Below are positions 18,082 through 26,400 of a stretch of DNA of 64,000 nt, piece by piece. The first letter of the stretch is position 1. Every line of letters begins with the position of its first letter. Source of the DNA: an uncultured Thalassobaculaceae bacterium (lineage in GTDB: Bacteria; Pseudomonadota; Alphaproteobacteria; Thalassobaculales; Thalassobaculaceae); NCBI GenBank assembly GCA_964276085.1, contig CAXYEO010000026.1, positions 1,305 through 65,304 on the forward strand. The letters are read 5' to 3'. The notes below the pieces were generated by a model. It searched no databases and was not told the origin of the DNA. It worked only from the letters and a program-made list of their open reading frames with translations. The position numbers and the translations under genes are program-made.

Positions 18082-19257
18082 TTAATAAGACCGAGGCAAT
18101 CCAAGAACATGCTCAGCTAAATACCCGAGTATCAAATTGGTTGAGATTGGCGCTATTCTGTATAATCGAGCTTCCCGGTATTTACGTTCCACATCATATT
18201 CTTCCGCAAAAGCAAAACCACCAAACGTTTGCATGCATGTATCTCCTGCCTCCCAAGCTGCGTCTGCGGCGAGCATTTTGGCCATATTTGACTCCGCTCC
18301 ACAAGGTTCACCAGCCTCGAATAACTCTGCTGCTCTTTTAGACATAAGCGCAGCCGCTTCAGTATCAGCATAGGCTTTTGCTATTGGGAACTGGACACCT
18401 TGATTTTTGCCGATTGGACGACCGAAGACTTCTCTTTCATTAGCGTAGTCAACGGCTTTTTTTAGAAACCAACGTGCATCACCAAGCGATTCGTGGCTTA
18501 TAAGGATTCTCTCTGCATTCATCCCATCAAGAATATATCTAAATCCCTTGCCCTCTTCTCCAACTAAACTATCCGCTGGAATCTCAAGTTCATCAAAAAA
18601 TATTTGGGTAGTAGAGTGGTTGATCATCGTTCGAATTGGACTAATATCCATTCCCTTTCCGAGACTTTCCTTCATATCTATCAAAAAGACAGATAATCCA
18701 TCGGTTCGTTTCTGCACCTCCTCTATGGGGGTAGTCCTCGCAAGCAATAGCATTAAATCTGAATGCTCTGCCCGTGAAGTCCATATTTTTTGCCCATTAA
18801 CCACATATTTATCATTACCCCTCTTCACAGCGGTTGTGCTTAAAGAGAGCGTGTCTGTTCCACTAGATGGCTCTGATACTCCGAAAGCCTGTAGCCGTAA
18901 TTCACCCGAAGCTATTTTCGGAAGGAACTTCTTTTTTTGTTCCTCGCTTCCATGACGCAAAACTGTCCCCATGATATACATCTGAGCATGGCAGGCCCCG
19001 CCGTTACATCCAGACTTGTGTATTTCCTCTAGAACGGCGGCCGCAGCCGAAATAGGCAACCCGCTGCCCCCATACTCTTCTGGCACTAAAACGGCTAAAA
19101 ATCCAGCATCAGTGAGCGCCTGAACAAACTCCGTAGGATATTCCCTATCGCGGTCTTTTTCACGCCAGTACTCGCCTGGATAGTTCTCACATAAAGCCGC
19201 AACTGATCTACGAATTTCCCCTATCACCTCTTGCATTTCAGTTGATGCATCCACCAT
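18082..19257 (-). CDS. Acyl-CoA dehydrogenase
   Basis: 391-aa ORF with ACAD blocks: FGVSEPSSGTD, VNGQKIWTS, RPIGKNQGVQFPIAKAY, QTFGGFAFAEEYDVERKYREARLYRIAP. Confidence 0.9.
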   Translation of the reverse strand: MVDASTEMQEVIGEIRRSVAALCENYPGEYWREKDRDREYPTEFVQALTDAGFLAVLVPEEYGGSGLPISAAAAVLEEIHKSGCNGGACHAQMYIMGTVLRHGSEEQKKKFLPKIASGELRLQAFGVSEPSSGTDTLSLSTTAVKRGNDKYVVNGQKIWTSRAEHSDLMLLLARTTPIEEVQKRTDGLSVFLIDMKESLGKGMDISPIRTMINHSTTQIFFDELEIPADSLVGEEGKGFRYILDGMNAERILISHESLGDARWFLKKAVDYANEREVFGRPIGKNQGVQFPIAKAYADTEAAALMSKRAAELFEAGEPCGAESNMAKMLAADAAWEAGDTCMQTFGGFAFAEEYDVERKYREARLYRIAPISTNLILGYLAEHVLGLPRSY

Positions 19258-19343
19258 TTAATTTATCCTTCCTTTGCCAGAACCTGATTCCTAGACGTAC
19301 CAAAACCAGAGCGTTTTTATCTACACACGCCCTTTTACATAAT

Positions 19344-19402
19344 TTAATTATTCACAATTTCAACAACTTGAAAGATGATTTTTCGAAAGTGTGAATAATT
19401 AA
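19344..19402. promoter_or_regulatory. 18-nt imperfect inverted repeat (17/18) with a 23-nt spacer, candidate operator or hairpin
   Basis: TTAATTATTCACAATTTC (19344..19361) pairs with GAAAGTGTGAATAATTAA (19385..19402). It lies between the stop of the racemase-like gene and the start of the acyl-CoA dehydrogenase gene. Confidence 0.3.
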
Positions 19403-19448
19403 CCTAACTTGCAATCTCTCTCGATTGAAGCGACTAAATGAATAAGTT

Positions 19449-20435
19449 CTACCCCCATAGTTCTATTTTTGGTGGGTTAATTATACTACCCGAAAACTCC
19501 AGACCGGGATTCCTGTCATGAGCCAATAACAACGGACCATCTAAATCAACAATAAGAGCTCCTTGAGCTACGATAACGCCGGGCGCCATAGCCAAAGAGG
19601 TTCCTATCATGCAACCCACCATAACATCTAATCCCAGGTCCAATGCCTTAGTGCGCAGGTTTAATGCTTCAGTAAGACCACCCGTTTTATCCAATTTTAT
19701 ATTTATCATATCATATTTGCCAACTAAATCAGGTAACGTTGCCCTATCATGACAACTTTCATCTGCGCAGATAGGAATTGGACGCTCAATAAACCTAAGC
19801 TGTTCATCGTCATTAGAAGGCAACGGTTGCTCAATCATTTCAACTGATAATTCCTTAAGCTGTGGGGCATATTCAATATATTGTTCTATACTCCAGCCTT
19901 CATTTGCATCGACAACAAGTCGTGCAGCTGGGGCATTAGTATGGATTTGTCTGACACGTTCAAGGTCAAGACCATCTCCAGTCATTTTCAATTTTAAACG
20001 GGGTCGGAGACAATTTTCACGCGCTTTTTCTCCCATTATAGAGGGGTCGTCCACGCCTAAAGTGAAAACTGTTGTAACTGGTTCAGGGGTGCTTAGTTTC
20101 GCTAAATCCCATACCCGCGCTCCAGCTCTCTTAGATTCTAAATCCCAAAGAGCACAATCGATTGCATTCCTAGCTGCACCTGGTGGCATTATATCCATTA
20201 CAGCATGCCGGTCAGCACCGTCTTCAATGTCTGATTGAACTGCTTTTATTTGATCTTGAACACTGTTTATATCCTCGCCATATCTTGCGTACGGAAAACA
20301 TTCTCCGCGCCCAGAGTAGTTATCATCCGTCAGTTCAACGACGATGACATCGGATACCTTTCGGGTCCCGCGCGAAATTTTAAACTTCCCAGCTAAGGGC
20401 CAAGACTCAACATTGATTTTTAGAGAAAGCGACAT
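19449..20435 (-). CDS. Enolase-superfamily dipeptide epimerase / N-acetyl-D-Glu racemase (DgcA-like)
   Basis: 328-aa ORF with MR/MLE-type blocks: LKLKMTGD, VVDANEGW, IEQPLP, ADES, NIKLDKTGGLTEA, MVGCMIGTSLAMAP. Confidence 0.75.
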   Translation of the reverse strand: MSLSLKINVESWPLAGKFKISRGTRKVSDVIVVELTDDNYSGRGECFPYARYGEDINSVQDQIKAVQSDIEDGADRHAVMDIMPPGAARNAIDCALWDLESKRAGARVWDLAKLSTPEPVTTVFTLGVDDPSIMGEKARENCLRPRLKLKMTGDGLDLERVRQIHTNAPAARLVVDANEGWSIEQYIEYAPQLKELSVEMIEQPLPSNDDEQLRFIERPIPICADESCHDRATLPDLVGKYDMINIKLDKTGGLTEALNLRTKALDLGLDVMVGCMIGTSLAMAPGVIVAQGALIVDLDGPLLLAHDRNPGLEFSGSIINPPKIELWG

Positions 20436-20455
20436 TTAAAAATCCAACATACAGA

Positions 20456-21451
20456 TCAAATATTATCTACCAAGGCCTTTACACCATCCCTTAACGGATC
20501 GACTGCCGGTAGATTAATTTCTTGAGAAACCCGCTCACAGAAAGCGCGCCCCTCTTTTTCAGATAAGCCGGACGTATTAATCGAAGCCCCAATACATTTG
20601 ACATTTGGGTTAGTCAGCCGAGCAGCTTGAAGATTTGCCTCTATACATGTCGCAAGATCAATAACTTGAAAATGAGGCATACTACGCATATGCGGTCGGC
20701 CAGCCTCATGGCATACAACTATAGCATCAGGCTGCGATCCATGAATTAGTCCAATCGTCACACCCGCGTAAGAAACGTTGAATAAAGATCCCTGACCCTC
20801 AACTAAGTCCCAGTGATTAGGATCATTTTCTGGACAAAGCCATTCCACAGCTCCTGAAATAAAATCTGCTATTACGGCATCTATTGAGACGCCCTGCCCT
20901 GCTATGAATATACCTGTTTGCCCAGTTGCTCTAAAATTAGCATTATAGCCTCTACTCTTCATCTCTGACTCAATTGCCAACGACGTAAACATTTTTCCAA
21001 CTGAAACATCAGTACCCACCGTCAATAATCGCTTACCATTTCTCTTAATACCGTTTCCAACGTTAAAGTCTCGAGTTGGATGTCTAACATCGTGCAATGA
21101 TTGATTATGTTCTTTCGCTGCGGCAACCAGTTCTGGTATTTGCGTGATCCGCGTATGAAGACCACTGGCTATGTCCATCCCCAGTTCCACCGCCTTTACT
21201 AATTCTGAGACCCAACTTTGGGGAATTACCCCACCCCTGCTAACTACACCTAGAATTACTGTTTTAACGCCGGCAGCCGCTGCTTCCTCAATCGTCATAT
21301 CAGGAACTGAACAATCCGCTTCACATCCACCAAGCCTGAACTGTCCAAGGCACCAATCAGGGCGCCAAACTCGAACTCCATTTGCTGTTTTAGCTGCTAA
21401 TTGATCTCGCGCATCACCGAGAAATAATAGATATGGTGGATGAAATTCCAC
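20456..21451 (-). CDS. DUF1611 family protein (DgcN-like N-acetyltransferase candidate)
   Basis: 331-aa ORF of the size and layout of DUF1611 proteins (LLTVGTDVSVGKMFTSL P-loop-like segment, GQGSLFNVSYAGVTIGLIHGSQPD). It sits 20 nt upstream of the racemase-like gene. Confidence 0.7.
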   Translation of the reverse strand: MEFHPPYLLFLGDARDQLAAKTANGVRVWRPDWCLGQFRLGGCEADCSVPDMTIEEAAAAGVKTVILGVVSRGGVIPQSWVSELVKAVELGMDIASGLHTRITQIPELVAAAKEHNQSLHDVRHPTRDFNVGNGIKRNGKRLLTVGTDVSVGKMFTSLAIESEMKSRGYNANFRATGQTGIFIAGQGVSIDAVIADFISGAVEWLCPENDPNHWDLVEGQGSLFNVSYAGVTIGLIHGSQPDAIVVCHEAGRPHMRSMPHFQVIDLATCIEANLQAARLTNPNVKCIGASINTSGLSEKEGRAFCERVSQEINLPAVDPLRDGVKALVDNI

Positions 21452-21526
21452 AACGCCTCCCTAATTCAAATTGATATAACGATAGCAGATAAGCACTTTA
21501 CGTCCCTTTATCGCAATAGCTAATGA

Positions 21527-22489
21527 TTAACCCGGCGTTCGAGCAGGCCTCTGCTCAACTCGCTCTATCATTTCTGACCAATCCGCCGTCAGGTTCTCAA
21601 AATATTGAGTGTAAGAATCTGGATCTAAAAACATAATCTTCGTATAGATTTTTCCCAATTTATCCTCTAATTCTGGATTGTCTGAAGCCTTTTGAAACCG
21701 CTCCATTATTTTGGCAATAATCTCCGGAGGGGTATCAATCGGAGCCACGATACCTCTATCCACCCCAAAAGATAAATCGATCCCTTGATCTTTTAACGAG
21801 AGAACTCCAACTAGTTTTTCGTTTTCTAACCTCTCAGTAATTGCTACGATTTTAAGTTGCTTTAGATCCATTCTGCGCTTAGCGGCTGAGGCGGATACAA
21901 TTCCCAAATCTAGATTATTCGCTAATAATTCTAAGAAACTTTGCCGAGCTGTTTCAAAAACAGTTACTTTAAATCTAACACCACTTACGTCTTCCAAACC
22001 CATCCTAAACATTTGCTCAAGCGGATTTGATGTCTCACCCACTAACACCACGTTCGGATTCTGCAACGCAACCTCAATTATATTAGCAAGATTTGCGTCT
22101 CTCAGATTACCCCGAGCGACCACAGCCATTGGAGTTCGACTTAACATTGCTATTGGAGCAAATTTTGACCATTCAATATTAGTCTTATCACTTAAAAAGT
22201 TTGACACAAGCGACTGGGTCACAGCTAGGATTTGGCATCCATCTGGCCTTCCATTCATATTTTTTTCAATAACTGTATTTTGCGTTTTATTTAAGACCTT
22301 CAAGAGTGGGCCCGATTGCTGTCGATTGATTGTCTCAGCATAAGCCCTAATAATTAAATCCGTCGCCGTACCAACCGCAGAGGGAACTATAACCCGAATA
22401 TGCAAACATTTCTTTGTTGCGGCCTTACTGGCATGACCTAAACTAAAAACAAGACAAAGCGCCAATAACGCTGCGAAAAATACTCTCAT
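21527..22489 (-). CDS. Bug/TctC family tripartite tricarboxylate transporter substrate-binding protein (orphan)
   Basis: ATG 22489 gives signal peptide MRVFFAALLALCLVFSLGHA. The mature part has the Bug-family layout (VIVPSAVGTATDLIIRAYAE...). No tctA or tctB is present in the window. The track start at 22504 is also possible. Confidence 0.75.
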   Translation of the reverse strand: MRVFFAALLALCLVFSLGHASKAATKKCLHIRVIVPSAVGTATDLIIRAYAETINRQQSGPLLKVLNKTQNTVIEKNMNGRPDGCQILAVTQSLVSNFLSDKTNIEWSKFAPIAMLSRTPMAVVARGNLRDANLANIIEVALQNPNVVLVGETSNPLEQMFRMGLEDVSGVRFKVTVFETARQSFLELLANNLDLGIVSASAAKRRMDLKQLKIVAITERLENEKLVGVLSLKDQGIDLSFGVDRGIVAPIDTPPEIIAKIMERFQKASDNPELEDKLGKIYTKIMFLDPDSYTQYFENLTADWSEMIERVEQRPARTPG

Positions 22490-22608
22490 AATAACCATAT
22501 CCATTTTCAGACAACTTTTTATGCCTGCGAATTCCCTTCATACAATTTAAAAGTTACTTTAAACCAGATAAGGCAATACTGGGGGATTTTTTTTTGGAGG
22601 CTGAAATA

Positions 22609-23424
22609 ATGAGTTCAAGATATAATGTGGGTATTGTGGGACTTGGCGCGATTGGTCTTCAAATTGCCCAAACGATCGATTTGGGTAAATTACCTCAGAT
22701 GCGTGTCTCAGCAGTCTGCAGTCGCGATCACGTCAAGGCAAAAAACAATCTTAAATCGCTTAAATCACAGCCCAGCATAACTAGTATTGAAAATGTGGCA
22801 AAGAAGTCCGACGTCATCATTGAATGTGCACCTGCATCTATTTTTGATCGAGTAGCGGAATCAGCCATAGAAGCCGGGAAAATTTTTATCCCTGCAAGCG
22901 TCGGAGCCCTATTACCTAGGATGCATTTAGTAGATAGAGCCGCAGAAACGGGTGCTAAAATCATTATACCAACAGGAGCCCTCCTGGGTCTTGATGCGGT
23001 GCGAGCAGCAGCTGAGGGTAATATTGAAAGCATTACACTAAAAACACGAAAACCTCCAACCGGGTTAGCTGGGGCGCCCCATCTACTAAAAAATAATATC
23101 TCAGTGGATAATCTATCCGAGGCAAAGCTCGTATTTGAAGGCTCAGCCCGCGATGGTGCAATTGGGTTTCCCGCAAATGTAAACGTTGCAGCAGCTCTAA
23201 GTTTAGCCGGTATTGGGCCCGATAAAACTCGACTTCAAATATGGGCGGATCCCTCGGTAAATCGTAATATGCATACTATTGTTGTTGAAGCTGATAGCGC
23301 TCGTTTCACAATGACCATTGAAAATATTCCTACAATAGAAAACCCTAAGACAGGTAAAATCACCGCCCTTAGCATGATCGCAACACTGAGAAGACTAATT
23401 ACCCCACTTGTGTCTGGGACATAG
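22609..23424 (+). CDS. nadX: L-aspartate dehydrogenase
   Basis: GGAGG lies 8 nt upstream of ATG 22609. Rossmann motif VGIVGLGAIG is present. IIPTGALLGLDAVRAAAEG, FPANVNVAAALSLAG, NMHTIVVEADSARFTMTIENIPTIENPKTGKITALS parallel Thermotoga NadX recalled from memory. Confidence 0.8.
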   Translation: MSSRYNVGIVGLGAIGLQIAQTIDLGKLPQMRVSAVCSRDHVKAKNNLKSLKSQPSITSIENVAKKSDVIIECAPASIFDRVAESAIEAGKIFIPASVGALLPRMHLVDRAAETGAKIIIPTGALLGLDAVRAAAEGNIESITLKTRKPPTGLAGAPHLLKNNISVDNLSEAKLVFEGSARDGAIGFPANVNVAAALSLAGIGPDKTRLQIWADPSVNRNMHTIVVEADSARFTMTIENIPTIENPKTGKITALSMIATLRRLITPLVSGT

Positions 23425-23449
23425 TTTAAAGAATATAATAATAATTGGT

Positions 23450-26400
23450 TTAGGAGAGCATATTAACGCTCAAACCTATTCCCTTGGAAGGAGATATATT
23501 TTTGATAAGACCAACTGCTAAAGCGTTATTATTAGTCGGCACAATAGAGTTACCCGTCGTAGCTAAATCTTGTATCAGCAGGTATTTTTCAATAAACTTG
23601 ATTGCGTAGTCGGTATTTTTTAACGGCTTAAGAAACTGCGTTTCTACCTCCGGTTCTCTATTCAATCTATTGTTCAGAATTGATAACTCTATGTTCAGAG
23701 CGACGCGCTTTGATTTCATTTTAGAAAACGCACTATCAACCAAAAATTTTGCGTCAGTGATGAGGTTTATTCGATCCGTGACTGATGATACCTCGACACT
23801 GGAACCTCCTCCCGAACCTGTTGCTGTTGCCGCTGTGTTAGCCGTGAAAGTGTATGCTCCATCCGATACATTAGTTATTAAAAATGTATTATTTAAATCT
23901 ACGCCATTGACGTTAGACCCGGCGATGGATCTAAACGAGACAAAGTCATCTTCCTTAAACGTATGATTAGCCTGCGTTACTGTGACCGTAGCACTGTCTT
24001 TTACGGTAGCAAAAGGCGATGATCCAAGGGTTGTGATAGATGCACCCTCTCCATTTAAAACGGCAAAATAATGGTCTGAGAATTTACCATCTAGTACTTC
24101 TTTGATGGTATCTTGCGCCTCGATCGTTACTTTTTTTCCAAGTGTATCTATTTGAACCACGATGTCGCTGGCGAAATCTGCTATAAGGTTCTTTCCATCC
24201 TTTTCAGCACTTGCAAATATCCCGTCTAATTCTGACCTCAATTTTCTTATTTCTGTATCAATTGCTCCTTGTGGATCGGCTACATTGGCGTAAAAATCAA
24301 ATTTAACTTTGTCAGTCTGAAGGTTTTTGCGGACCGTTTCCGCGTTTTTACTAAGAGTATTAGCCCCGGTTATGACATTAGCCGCGTTTCCTGAGTTAAG
24401 GGCCGAAGGTAAAAGTGAAGCAAGCCTTGTACTGTCGCTCAAACCATATGGGCCACTTGAATCTATATCTCTTAACTCTGAATTAATGGCCAGCTGCTCT
24501 GAACCATCCGGACTTGGTCTAATATTATAAGTGTCTTTTAATCTTACAGAAGATCCTCCACCAGCGCCGTTCCCTGTAGCTTGGACGGCGATAGTGCCAC
24601 CGCCTTTTGTCCCACTACTAGCAGTGCTGCCAGCGTTAAATGTAAAGTGATTGGCATTCGTAATACCTGTAATTGTGAAGGTACCATTCAAGGTCAACCC
24701 ACCTACTGCTGAACCTCCACTAAAAGTTACGGTATCATTAACATTGAAGCCATGCCCTTCAATTTCAGCACTTACAGTGGAACTACCCGCTGTCGTCGTC
24801 AATGGGTCTGTCAAAGTGTCAGCAGTTATTGTGTAATGGTTTGAGTCAGTTACAGTCACCAAAAACGTTCTTTGGTCCCCGATGCCTACTCGTAGTCCGT
24901 TTATTGGCGAGCTTGCAACATTATCAAACGTGACATACTCCCCTGTGGAAAAGCCATGACTATTGTGTTCAACGGTGACTGTAGAGCTCCCCGAGGTCGT
25001 TGTGAAAGGGTTAGAGCCAAGTTTATCCAAGTCAAGAAGATTATCTAGAGTCTCCGTCGGTGTCCCGGTGAAAGACACTGAACCTCCACCTCCACTAGCA
25101 GAGCTGGACGCGGAGCTACCAGCTGTAATCGTGTAAGTATTTGCAGAAACACTCGCAATAGTGAAGGTACTATTAACATCTAATCCTCCAACTGCTGATG
25201 CACCACTAAAGGTGATAGAGTCACCAGCTATAAATTGGTGGGCGGCGTCGGTGACAGTTACCGTCGCACTTCCATTATTTGTCGCAAATGGATTATTGGC
25301 TAATGTCCCTGTATCAGTTCCTTTGATTGTGCCTGGGGCCCCAAGTAGACTTACAATATCTGCTCTCAAATCTATATATTCAGCCTGAGTTTCACTTGTG
25401 ATAGTTTGATTAGCCAGCGTTGCTATCTTTCTCAAGTCTTCATCAACTTTTGATACTCGTAAAATTGAATCATCGATTGATGCTTGTCCTTTTGCTAGAC
25501 CAGATGTGTTGAGAGAGGCACCCCAATTTACTTTTCCCGTTTCACTTGCGAACGTGGAATTATTAACAGAGATTATACGGTTAGCATTCGAAAACTCTGT
25601 GTTAGAATCGTTTAGAAACCCTTTGGCAGTGTCAGTATCTGCCAGAGCATCACTTAAACTTGCTGATGCAACAGTTGAGGCTGCACTTGCTATTTTTGTT
25701 AAAAATGTAGCTAAATCTTTATTTGAAGCGCTAATACTACTTGCTGTGGTATCAACGATAGATGCTAGCTCATCTAGAGTGAAGCCAACGGCCCCACCTC
25801 CTCCACTTACTGAGCTAGTAGCATTGCTTTGTGCTGTGATTGTGTACGCATTCGAACTCGTAATCCCACTGACCCTGAATGTTTTATCAAGATCTAGACC
25901 CCCTACTGAGGATCCGTTGCTGTAGGCAACAACATCACCAACAGATAGTCCATGACCATTATGAGTAACAGTTACATCCGGACTACCGTTGCTTGTAGTG
26001 AATGGATTGTTGCCAAGGCTATGGCCATAACCAATAGTATTGCCACCTCCAATAGCCGCAGTGCCTTTGGAGGAAAAAGTAATTGTATATGAATTTTCAG
26101 CAATATCGGAGATTTCAAATGTACCGTTTAAATTCAAACCTCCAACTGTCGATGCATTGCTTAATGTGACATGATCACCAATCGCAAATTTATGGCCTGA
26201 ATGAGCGATTGTGACTTGATCACTGGCATTGACCGAAACAGAACTGCCGCCGCCACTCCCAACCTTTATTTGCGACCCCGCTGTAATCGTATAGGAATTA
26301 GAAGAGACACCAGCCACCTGGAAGTTGCCGTTGAGGCTCACACCATCGATCGATGCACCTCCACTGAAATTAACCGTCTCTCCATTGCTAAACGGATGCC

